Assembly (NCBI GenBank): GCA_022813865.1
Contig: JALDZX010000039.1
Coordinates: forward strand, 62,001-126,000
From: Xylographa opegraphella
Lineage: Eukaryota
DNA: 64,000 bases
Direction of reading: 5' to 3'
Part shown: positions 25,143 through 38,044 of the stretch, piece after piece
How the letters are laid out: each line of letters starts with the position of its first letter
Position numbering within the stretch: position 1 is the stretch's first letter
Made by a program: the position numbers and the translations under genes
Notes under the pieces: generated by a model
Databases searched by the model: none
What the model saw: the letters and a program-made list of their open reading frames with translations, nothing else
Told to the model about the DNA's origin: nothing

Positions 25143-26137
25143 GTTTGCGTCGATGAGTGTTCGTGTAAATTGGCCTTTTTGAATCACTGACGAGCACAAT
25201 GACAAGGTATATGTGCTTCCGGCAGGTCCTCAACCTTATAGCATTGATTGCAGTGTCTAGCTATGCTCCTATAGTTTTGCCAGACGTAGTGACTCTGTAA
25301 ATATTTTCAAATCGACTCGTACTCGAGTCTTGTTCCAGCGAGGATGAAACAGGGTCAATGCTCCAGTTTATATCTGTAAATCATTCATCCACTGCCTTGA
25401 ACATTCCAGACCTTCTTATCACCATCCCATGCCCCCAAAACGGGCTTGCGGAGGGCGCCGACGGCTAAGAACCCCGCGGTTCCGCGGCTGATCTGATGCA
25501 ATTAAATTGCAGTTGCTTGAACGCGGACTGTCTACCTGGATCAGTCCCCCTCACATTGGCTAGATTCTCCATATACGTTCGGATTTGGGGTTCTCGCTAT
25601 TCGCCATCGTCTGAGCGTGGTATATCTTCAGAAGGGTAGTTGGATGTTGATGAATAATGACTAGGAGTCCCCTCTCAGGGCATCACCTAAGCGGGGGTGA
25701 GTACCCTTATCGATAGGGGAGATGAGGTGCCTAGGAAATTAGCCCTCCGAAGGCGTTGATATACGCCTCTGGAATTGGTAGTAGCTGGCCTTAGTCTTGC
25801 TTTAACATGATAAAGTGCCTCAAATTGAACCGTTCTGTAAACTATTTGACCCGGGAGCGAGCGCTCCCGGGGAAGCCAGCCCCCTTTCCTGGCAATTCAA
25901 GTTAGCATCGGGCCTAGGTTTCTTATAATATTGAAATACTTTAGATATTTGCTTTTAAGTCTTTACAGAACAACTTATTATATGTAAAAATTGTATTTGT
26001 GCTCATTTTTAACATATTAATTTTATAGTTATTACGCCATTGAAAGTATTATCATTAACCTCTTTTTTTCGCGGTATTATGAGGAGATTTCCTTTCGCCC
26101 TAAGTGCGGCTTTTCACTTCAGTCGAATCAGGGTTCT

Positions 26138-29100
26138 CTACAGCTGGCCTACGGCTTCTGTCCCGAAACACTGCGTTTCCCACAGCTGCCGATACCTTCC
26201 CTCCGGTCTCTCGATCAACTCTTCCGGCACACCCTCTTCCACGACCCGGCCCTCCTCCAGTACAAGCACCCGATCATATCCCCGTAAAGCCCGCAGACGA
26301 TGCACCACGGCCAGGACCGTCCACCCCCTAAATTCTTCTTCCAACACCTGCAACATGTACGCTTCCGTCTCGACATCGACATCACTCGTCGCCTCATCCA
26401 GCAGCAGAACTCCGCAACCCCAATCTCCAAGCGCGGCCTTCCGACACAGCGCCCGCGCGACGCTGAACAATTGTTGCTGGCCTTGGCTCAGCTGCATGGC
26501 GTCCATGGGTGCATCGAGGCCTCCGCGCGCAGCGACGGCTTCCCACAGCCCGACTTTCCTTAGATGGACCTCAGCTACGGCGTCGGAGAGCGAGGAGAAG
26601 GGGTCCACATTGAAGCGGACGCTACCGGAGAGGAGGTGTGCTTCCTGTGGTATGGTGACGAGGGCGGCGCGGAGGGCTTGGCGGCGGAGGTCGGACAGCG
26701 GGACGTTGTCGATAGAAATGCTGCCGGCGGAAAGGTCGAGCATGCGAAGTAGAGTGAGAAGAAGGGAGGACTTGCCGCTGAGAGAGTGAGTGGGCTGAGG
26801 TGTTTAAAGGGGGAGAAGGGTGAATGTACCTTCCGGTACGGCCGACGATGCCGACTTTTTGGCCAGCTTCGATAACGAAGGAGATGTCTTGGAGGACGGG
26901 TGGGGTGGTGCGACTTGGACCATGTTAGTATGTGGGTCCCATGAGGGCTGGATATCAGTTTTCAGTTTGACATACTTGTATACTGCTGATACGTTTGTGA
27001 ACTCGATCTTTCCAGCCGAGGGCCATTGTTCTGGAGATGGCTCGATTTCGCTTTCCAGATGCTCCAAGATCGTATTTAGCTCAAAGTTCTTGACCCTCGA
27101 GACTGCGCCAATCGAGGTTTCTAACGCAGTCCACTTGTTGATAAGAAACGTTAGTGTAGTGTTAAAGTTCAAAACATTGACGAGCGCCACGCCTAGACCT
27201 CCGCCGCTGGTCGTTGCTCGCATTTGCGTTGCAAAGACCATGAGTAGTACCGCAATGCCGGCAACGATCAAATCCAAAACTAAACACAACCACCGTTGGG
27301 TGCAGTAAAGTAAATGGAACGGTCTTTGTGAGACATCTAGCAACTCGCGATTCCGTTGTGCAAGCACCTCCTGCCAGCCAAACGCGCGGATCGTGCTGAG
27401 GCCGGCCAGCGTTTCCATAAAGTTGGAGTATAACGGCGATTTAGTCTCGAGGTCAAGGAATCGGAGCTGCCGCGACGTACGTAGATAGATGCTCTGCAAA
27501 AGGTAAAGGATGGCGACGATGAATGGAAAGGCGAGGGCAGCCCATTTGGCCCCAATGACGATGAGGACTGCTTCAGCTGTGGCCATGAAGGTCCCGACCA
27601 CTGTATCGACCAGACAGACGAGAAGGTCCATATCGATCAGGCTCATGTCTTGGCTGAATCTGCAAGTCATCAGTAGACTCTCGTACACATGCAGGTGATT
27701 GTGAATACCTATTGAGTGTGACGCCACTATCCGTTGCCGTGAACCAGCAGTATGGAGCCGCCATTACAGTGTCAAGCAGTACCTTATGGAGCCGGATTGA
27801 CGATTTGGGGCATGCAAACAAGAGCATGACACAGAAAAGTCCCACCAGGCCCAGCACCGCAAGCCCAGCTAGTATGCCGTACAGGCCCAGATACATATCG
27901 GTATAGAGTCCGGGATGACTGGTTTCCGCTGCAGACCACAGCTCCAATAGCACCGCCTGCAGCTCGCTGGCCAAAACATAAAGCGCCACGGTACCGAAGA
28001 AAAGCACAATCAAGGGCCACCCAACCGATCGTGCGAGATATAAATAAATGCTCATGTCACCGCTCCGTCTGGTAAGGTCTATGGACTTCTTCGGAGGGGG
28101 TTCGGCTTTGAGAGCAGAATCTGCGGACGTCGAAGGCACATTCGCATCGCCTTGTAGCGATCGTTGGACCAGCAGCTCATGAATACGCCCTTTTCCGGAT
28201 CGCAATTGTTCAAAGTTACCCTGTTCAAGAATACTCCTGTCATTGCCCAGAACAATTATGTTTTCTGCGAACCCTAAGTGATGAGCTGTCATGATGTTAG
28301 CAAAAGCTTTATTGCACCCACATAAAGTAGGTTTTCTGAGTCATACCACGCGTACAATTGTGTGTGACAAGAACGACGCTGAAGCCATGTCTGGCGCATA
28401 GTCCATTCGGACCAAGGACTTGCTGAAACACTGCATTGTCTGTTCTGGCGTCAAGTCCACTTAGAACATTGTCGAGTAGAATAAGTTGCTTTCGCGCATA
28501 GATCGCTCGTGCTAAAGCCTGTAAAGCGTCAGTCGTTGCCTTCCGGGCTTGACGACCGGGCATCGCTTACCAGTCGCTGCTTCTGTCCTCCGCTAAGAGA
28601 ACCTCCTTTACTACCAACGATTGTTTGGTCACCATTTGAAAGCTTCAGTATATCCTGGTCGAGTGCACAAGCCCTGAAAATACTGTTGTACCACGTTTCA
28701 TCATACACAGATCCTCCAAGCACGATTTCGCGCAAGCTAATATTTGGTAGCCAAGCATCCTGGGCGCAGTATGCAATCTCCCTCATGCTTGTTTTGATTA
28801 AGCCCTTGTTCGTTGGTAGCTCTCCTAGTAATGCCTTCAAGAGAGTAGATTTGCCGCAGCCCACCAGGCCAGTGACCATTGTCAAGGAGCATGGACTAAT
28901 TTCCAGATTTATGTCGTTGAGCACATTAGCTCCCTGAAAGGTATAGCCGATAGATGCGTTTTCCATTATGGCAATACCTCGGGCACGATTACAGGTTTTC
29001 TCGAACGTGGATCTATTGTCTTGCGGCTCGATGATCCCTTCCTCGATCTCCCTAGCCACTGGAACTCTAGAGGTAACCGGTGGTTCATCGCTGTCAGACA

Positions 29101-30888
29101 TGAGTATTCTCTGATCTCCAAGGACATCAGTCTTGATATATGTCTGTATACGGTCAAAACATCCCATCGCAGCCGCAAATATCGGTATGGTCTGGACTAA
29201 CTCGGACACCGGAGTGCTGAGCAACGAGATCAGAGAAAGACTGGTAAAAGTTTGCGCTATATTGAGCGAGACCCCAGAAGTCGCTCGTGTTATAATGATA
29301 TACACCGCAAAGGTTAGCACAGGGCCACATAATGCAGTCACGTTAGAAACTCCGGCCGTAAAAATTATATTTCTCCGGAACCGCTTTGCATACTCCAGTT
29401 CCTGAATCCTAAGTGCTTGAAGATCGGATGAAATACGCTCAGTAAGTCCCTGCATCTTCAAACCTTGGATCGAGTTCAGAGTCGAGGCGGTCATGACGAT
29501 TCGTTTTTGAACCACTTCGACCCATTCCTTTTGAGAATTCTTAGCCCATTTCATGATCGAAAATGCGCCTGTCGTGCAGGCCATAGCGACAATAACCGGA
29601 GCTATACAGGCTGGTCCTAGTTGCAGCTCCAGAAGGTATATGGCAATGCCAGCCTCAATCGGCCCCGCCCACAGGCTATCAATGGAGATGAATCCAGCAC
29701 CGATTCTTTCGATATCAGTACTCATTAACGTGACAGCAGCTAGCTTTCCAGCCTCGATTGAGTCAATCTTGAGGGTGGTGTCATAGATAAGACAGACCAG
29801 ACCACCGTGTAGCATTGTAATGAGACGGTAAATCTTATGCTTGTACGTCGCGGTGGAGATTGCGAGGCCAACGTAGATAAGTCCCGTGGCTCCAATCAAG
29901 CCATAACCAATGTTTGCGTTGCTCGGATATTCAGGAGCTTCAATCATGGAAATGGCACGATTGATAAGAAGAGGCTGTGAGAAGCGAAACCCAATCAGAC
30001 AAAGCCGAGGAAATACGAGCGCAAGTAATGGCCTGTTGAAACTCAAAAGAATCGCACGGAGGAGTGCATAGCGTCCATTTCTTCCCTGACGAGCCCAGAC
30101 ACTAAGTAATGTCTTTCCCAACGTGTCGGAAGTCAGTGCTTCATCTGTGTCGAATAGATCGTCGACGACTATGACTGCGCGGTACCCCTTTCGAAGGAGG
30201 CTATTGATCCACCAGAAAATGGTAGTGTTTAGTACTCCGCCGAGTGCTTCAGGAGGGTAGGCACGATATGGCGCTCTGAGGAACGACCTCTTTTCAAAGG
30301 TTTCAAGTACAAGGATAAACGTTTTGAGTGCAACCCCGGCCGTGAAAAGTCCAGCGATAGTGGAACTCGCAGCTCGCAGCCACAAAGTGCGAGCTTGAGC
30401 AACGTCCAAGATGATAGAGAACAACAGGTATATGCTGATTAGCATGGATGGTCGTATCGCCCGCTTATGTTCTAAACCTGAGAGAACCGCCAGGCTACAA
30501 GCGTCGAGCACCGACAGGCAAGCCGCTGGAATGGAAGCTCGTGGCTGTTCGTCAGCCGAAGCGGCCCATAGTACCAGAAGAGTGACCTGCAAGCATCCAA
30601 AGACCGAAATCGATGCCTGCCGTTTGTATCAGTCCCTCCAACTCGTAATCTCGAGTTGCTGAGAACTACCAATTTCGCTGTATGCAGACGGTTGGGAAGA
30701 GTCTTGGGGCCTTGCTGGTAGAGCAGGACTGCTCTGACAGGGAGCAACAGCAGTAGGATCGCCGAAGGTCCAACGGAGAGAATGCTCTGCTCAAAGAGCA
30801 GCGTGAAATCGAAAGCCTGCCGGCAGCTCGCGGCTTGAGGACCAAAGACATTATCTGCCCACAGGGTACACGAGGCAGAGAAATCCAT
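26138..30888 (-). CDS. ABC transporter, ABCC/MRP subfamily (multi-exon)
   Basis: N-terminal FDFTLLFEQSIL; NBD1 GLVGCGKST, LSGGQKQR, ILLDNVLSGLD; TMD2 YLRTSRQLRFLDLETKSPLY; NBD2 GRTG-SGKSS, LSQGQQQL, LLLDEATSDVD. Canonical introns link the ORF pieces. Confidence 0.93.
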
Positions 30889-32532
30889 AGCTCAAGAGCC
30901 GGGCGAGTCGTTGCTAGTGATTGCAAAGTCACGATTTATCCTATGGGCTACATCATCAGTGTCGAGCATTGGGCGGCATGAGCGACTGTCCCAGACGGCG
31001 CATTGCAGAATACAAGCGCGGAAATAGTAGAAGATGTAGTTATCAGTGAGTAGAAGTTAAGGAGAGATAATGTTCCTTAATACAAATATGACCGAGAAGA
31101 TCGGCGCTGCAGGCAGCAACACCACCACCGCCACCCATCGCGTCGAAGTTTTGGCAACAAAGTGGCCATCGTGGCCTGCTCGTTGTCCACGCTTGCTCGG
31201 ACTTTTGCTGCTCAAGGCATAAACCCGATACTATGCTCGGACTCGCACCCGAATGACGAGGATGCTGGATTTGAAGCTGAAGAACCTGATCCGTGGATGC
31301 AATTTATCTCTGGTTTATGGGAGAGCGCAGGTTGAGAAAGCTGGACATCGCTGAGAGTTAACTCGGCGTTTAGTTGTGGTTATGAACTTTTGGATCTGTC
31401 ATTTGATTATATGTTGCGCTGTTCTTGCCATGTACTACTATCCTTATGGCATTGATTCAACAGATCATTGGAAGTCGATGCGAAATCTTAGATACCGTTT
31501 GCTGTTGGCCCGTTTGAGACGATGGAGGAGGCGTCACTGACCCGAACAGCATCGTCAACAGTACCGGCATCACGAATTTACCCGAGCATGGAGCGGCACA
31601 GGAGGCGGAGAATAAGATGTCTTCGATTCGTTGAAATCTCTATTCTCTGACGGACGTGAGAATTGACCGGAATAATAACACCCGCAGGATTCCCCTTGCC
31701 AGCAAGTATGCTTGAGCGCAGTCACCTCAGCAAGAACCTTCATTACTGCATCAGAGGTGTATCCTCACGGCCAACAGCACATGTCATGTGAATGCTAGCT
31801 GCCTACAAGGCTTCAAAAGGGGTGCAGTCCTCTTGGTGCAGCATATGGCCTTTGAGTGTGCGAAGCGTAAGATACGCTGCATTGCTATCGGCCCAGGACG
31901 TGGGTATTGGCTCCGATCAATTCACTCACCTCTCTCAATATCAGAAAGATCTACGAGAAGGGTTGCGAACGCCGATAACGCAATCGCAATTCGAGAGACG
32001 AGTCTCAGGTAACTGCAAACATGGTACTAACACCTTGGAGAAACAACTGAGATACTGTTAAAAAGGTTACAAGATGTGCCGTTTTTTTGCCAGTGATGAA
32101 GCTGCTTATGTGATGGGAGCATCGTTATTGTCCGATGATGTTTACACATCCCGGTGAAAAGGGAACTCCGCAAGATCTCAGACTGTTGAACGATTTGGTC
32201 GTTGGAGTACAGCTCCTCAATTGAAGAGCGTGACATTATGCTTATAGCTGGCAGCGAAAACTCACAGCATGACTACTGCATATCGAGCTTCAGATCAACA
32301 GTGCAAAATAGCTTACAGATATACAATTCTGTTCTTATACAGAAGAATTCCTTGTCATCTACAGCTATATTTTCCTTCCAACGGAGTTTACAACAACGCT
32401 CCCTCAATCATGGACACAGAACAGAAAGCTCAATCTCTCTTCTCACAAGCCCTCTCACCCTATACACCAAGCATACCCTCGATAATCCCTGACCACCAAC
32501 CACCCCCTTACCCCATCCTCCATCTCAATCCA

Positions 32533-32869
32533 TCACCGCCTTTCAAAGTTACAACCACCATAAGTCTCCCCGGGACAGCGCGCAAACGTCACGCACCCGT
32601 GCGTCTTATCTGCCGCGGAGCATACCTCGGTGCACGTTGGGACATAATTATTCGGGCATTCGCCTATGCGTCCACGAAACCATCAACCCCTGTACAATAC
32701 AGATAATCGGATTCCCAACCCCGACCTGACAAGGGGTCTCCAAGGGAACGAAGTATGCAGGAACGAGATACCTACAGTATGGTGGAGCGCCGGGACAGTT
32801 CCACGGCATGGGGTTGGCCTGGACGAGGAGAGCGGCGCACAGGAAAGTTAGGAGGGAAGTAATATGCAT
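32533..32869 (-). CDS. Small secreted cysteine-rich protein (74 aa, 8 Cys in the mature part)
   Basis: Signal peptide MHITSLLTFLCAALLVQA. Intron 32664-32775 (GTAGGT..TAG) gives NPMPWNCPGAPPYCECPNNYVPTCTEVCSAADKTHGCVTFARCPGETYGGCNFERR*. TATAAA about 120 nt upstream on the minus strand. Confidence 0.7.
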
Positions 32870-33363
32870 GGTTTGAGCGCGAAGGGTGAAAAGTTAGAGG
32901 GGAGTAGAGCTTGGTATTGAGAGGGGGGGTAATGGAATGGTGGTGGAAAGTTGGTAGTCGTGCGTCTCTGAGAGGGAGATGGGCGTGGATTTATAGATCT
33001 AGACCAAGCAATGCCACACGCACCCACCGACAGCCTGTTGCAAATATATTCCCCGCCTTTACTCACGGTGGGCTACCGAGTACTACCCTAGACACATGTT
33101 CTCTCCGAAGGTGGTATGCTCGATAGCACGCACCGGAAAGGTGCCTTCCTGTTGCATCCTGGGCGCATGTAAGTACGGAGAGAGACGGAAGTGATAATGC
33201 CAAGCCAATGAAGATGATTCCTTAGCGAGGCTTGAGCACCCTAGGCCATATTAGGGGTAGTAGCACTATCGGAACTAAGGCCGGCTGTGCAAAGAAAGGT
33301 AAGGTAGGTAGGTAGGCCTGCACAATTCCCTTCTTGCTCGATCTGAACTCGCGAGGCTGGTGC

Positions 33364-34778
<1,415 letters not shown>

Positions 34779-35651
34779 TCAGTTGTCAATGTCAGGAAAA
34801 TCCTGAAGAAGTTCGGTCAGCACTTTGTAGCATTGAACAATTTTGCGGCCAAATCTGCTTGTTATTTCAAGATAAAATCACAAGGATAGCAGCGATCAAC
34901 ATGAATAGAAAATGTGTTATTGACGAATTGGAAAGTGAACCATGGATTGTTGTTCAAAGTTCAAAAGTTTTCATTCACTGCGCGTCATACATTGTACGCG
35001 TAGAGATTGTCGTTCACAGTAGACAAACTTTGTATAACGACCCCACCGTGTTGATATGTTTATTGTTATCGACCCCCATCATCTACTAATCGCAGGGTCT
35101 TTGCCGTGGCTTAAGGACTGGCCACTGCCATGATCCTGACATGATGTTTTGCCCCTCGATAGGCCCTTGGAGAGCAAATGGTGGGGAAGTAGGGTTTCTT
35201 TACTTTCAGCCCAGATCAAAAGCAGCAGTTACGGAGGTGTACTTATGATGTACTTTATTTGTCTTGCTGTACTGATAATTACTGTCACTGACAGGGTGAG
35301 CGCGAACAGTCAAACAGTCTGAATAATCGAGACTGCGTTTTGTTGTTTACTTTACCAACGATCGAACCTGATTAGCGCCTTCGCTCGCTAAGATATTTCC
35401 GCTTTAAGCCATTTCTCACGACCCAAGCGTGAGGCTTTTTTAGCGGCATGTGCACACACTTTGTCCTTAGCGTGACGCGTCTCGTTGAAGGCGCGCTTGA
35501 AGCTACTTTGTATTTTTCCTCTTAGATCTTCAACGTCACTTCTCAATCTGAAATTAATTCCAGCTTGTAGCAGCCTTTACTACCTTACACTCTGACAGGA
35601 ATGACCAAGTACTATTCTCACATCTCCTACACCTAGTCTTCATCCACACCA

Positions 35652-36767
35652 ATGGCAGCGTCTAAGTCACCCAACCCTGCTGGGCAGAAGAAGCCGAAGA
35701 GAGAACGTCAGGTCCACTTACCCGAAGATGTCGACCCAGTCCGCAATGGCTACGATGACAGTGTGTGCTATCTGGCAAGCTCTCTAGACAAACACACCAT
35801 TAAGCAGCACATGCGACGGTGCAATAAAACCCACGTCCAGATGAGCAAACCGCGTAAACCAGCAAGATCATCCACCGTCATCGTTGATCTCGAGGAAAGT
35901 GGTTCGGAGCTGGAGAGGGCCTATGCTGCGGTCGAAGCCGCCAAAGCGCCTAAAATTCTAGAACCCGCTCGGCAGAAGAAGGCGAAGAAATCCCGCGTGA
36001 ACCATCCATCTGAAGGTTCGAAGGTGACAGTCGACCTAGTGGATAGTTGTATCTGCGACCTAGTTGATTCAGATGACAGTTCACGGAAGAATGGTTGGGA
36101 GTGGTGCGATGTGCGTGACCTGCTGCGAGGTATACCATGCAAATCCATACGAATTTTCGAACGCAAAAAAGCGCCGTCGTCAAGAGAGGTCGTTGACTAT
36201 GAAGAAAGTGATACAGAGTCGTCGATGGATCGGGATGTCAGTGTAAGGAAATTTCCAGTGTCAGTATCAGGAAGGTCAATAAATAAGAAGGAGGTGCAAG
36301 GGAAGAAACGGAAGCTTGAGGGCAATATCTCGAAGCCGGATTCGCAAGGGAAGAAACGAAAGCTTGAGGCAAACATTCCGAAGCCTGATCCGCTTAGGGC
36401 GCAACGGAAGTCCGAAGCAAACATCCCGAAGACGGACTCACCAGGGAAGAAACGGAAGCTTGAGGGTCAGAACATCCCGAAGCCGAATCCGCAAGAAAAG
36501 AAACGGAAGTCTGAAGCAAAAGCCGCGGAACCAGGTTTGCAAGGAGAAGTCGCAGGCCTTACTCGACGACACAAACCATCCGCTACTGTGGCCAAACCAC
36601 CAAAAACATTCACCTACGATCCTCGCACCCTCGCCTCCGACATCCTTCGTGCCGCTGGCAAACATCCAACCTTGCCTCCGCTGAACTGGGAACTGATGAA
36701 ACTGGATGCCAAGGTCAAAGCCAAAGCATCTCGCCATGCGGAAAGCCTTGGTAGGAAGCTGTACTAG
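35652..36767 (+). CDS. Lys-rich hypothetical, probably nuclear, protein with internal peptide repeats
   Basis: Uninterrupted 371-aa ORF with repeated GKKRKLE.NI.KPD units and a C-terminal YDPRTLASDILRAAGKHPTLPPLN motif. Confidence 0.65.
   Translation: MAASKSPNPAGQKKPKRERQVHLPEDVDPVRNGYDDSVCYLASSLDKHTIKQHMRRCNKTHVQMSKPRKPARSSTVIVDLEESGSELERAYAAVEAAKAPKILEPARQKKAKKSRVNHPSEGSKVTVDLVDSCICDLVDSDDSSRKNGWEWCDVRDLLRGIPCKSIRIFERKKAPSSREVVDYEESDTESSMDRDVSVRKFPVSVSGRSINKKEVQGKKRKLEGNISKPDSQGKKRKLEANIPKPDPLRAQRKSEANIPKTDSPGKKRKLEGQNIPKPNPQEKKRKSEAKAAEPGLQGEVAGLTRRHKPSATVAKPPKTFTYDPRTLASDILRAAGKHPTLPPLNWELMKLDAKVKAKASRHAESLGRKLY
36295..36520 (+). repeat. Imperfect coding tandem repeat, about 48-bp unit, about 5 copies
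   Basis: Recurring CAAGGGAAGAAACGGAAGCTTGAGG..AACAT.CCGAAGCCGGA.TC encoding QGKKRKLE(G/A)NI(S/P)KPDS variants. Confidence 0.8.
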
Positions 36768-38044
36768 AGCTTCAGCTGGCTACCGCTTTGGAGGTCGATG
36801 ATGATGGCTCTGATCTGCTCATGGAGAGTCCATCAACATCGACATCTGGCCCCGCTTCTCCACTCTCAAATCTTCCTAGATGGATCCGGGCATAATGTTC
36901 TCTGCTTTTTAGACCTGGTTGGGCGATTTTGTTTTGGTCTACGGACCCGGTGCATGCAATTGTGGAGTGCTGGTAGTGCTATTCTGCCTCCTTGCTTCAG
37001 AGCTTCTGGTCATACCTTGCGAAAGTGCACTTTGTAGCTAGCACAGAAGAACCTTTGCACAATAATAAAGAATATTTTCAATGCTCCGAGCCCACGAGTA
37101 GACCACCCAAGCATCTCTCCACCCAGGCACCCAAACATCTCTCTACCTAGGCACCTAGGCTTTCTTCCTCCCATACCGACCTTCCGCTTTGATGATCTGT
37201 AAAAGCGTATGTGGCAGGGCACGGCCTGTCCAACGAAGTCGCGACGCAGACCGACGTTTCAGAAAAACGGCCAAAACTTACATGTTCATGAGACCGATCC
37301 AGCATAACAGCCATCATGCACCCTACCCTCCGTCAGCAAGTCCCGTTGCCTCGTAACCGCCCTCTCGTCCGCCCACCCTCCAAGTCGCACCACAGGACCC
37401 GACAGTCCAAACCCATACCGATGTTACTCCCCCCGAGTACTCCCCACCCACCACCACCATCCCACCATCCCTCCCTCCCCCAACTCCCCTCCCCATCCTC
37501 CAAACCCGCCTCGCCCTCCCCCCAAGTGAGCGCCGAGCATCCCAGAATGCCATCCCTTGGGGCACAAAGCCCTCAAAGAAGGCCATATACAGCATCAACT
37601 GCGAGGAAGCCCGGATGCCATTGCGCGAAAGCAGGCGAGCACTTTTCTGACAGGGCTGACGCCGTTGCAGGCGGCCAGGTTTCGAAGATGATGGTAGGTC
37701 TTGGGCGCTGGGAGTGTGTGTTCGGGTTTTGTGATGCTATTTGGTGGGATATTGATAACATGGATGGGATTTGCTTTGGTGGTGGAATTGTGATGTTTGG
37801 ATAGGGTTATTTGTGTAAAGGTGATATGTGTAGAGGTGATATGTGTAGAGGTCAGGAGCCAAGAGACAGCTACGAACAAGAGCTCGTGTTCCACGACTGC
37901 TTGCGCGTCACCAGTTCAAAGATTCGGAAACCTATGCTGAAGAAGGTACGTAAAGAAGGATACACGTAGATCAGAAACAGTTATGAATGCTACGAGAAGT
38001 CGATAAACGATTGGTATAAAGAAGAACCATCCCACCTAGTATCC

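Noticed and set aside
12189..30888. Secondary-metabolite cluster (TF + NmrA + amidohydrolase + ABC transporter)
   Set aside because: No PKS, NRPS, terpene or other backbone gene in the window, and the genes are interspersed with unrelated ones.
37100..37160. Short imperfect tandem repeat (about 24 bp x 2-3); another about 15 bp x 3 at 37805-37850
   Set aside because: Low-copy slippage repeats with no evident function.
37316..37804. Pro-rich ORF, possible degenerate secreted peptide gene
   Set aside because: No consistent frame with a signal peptide or recognisable domain; mostly low-complexity C-rich sequence.
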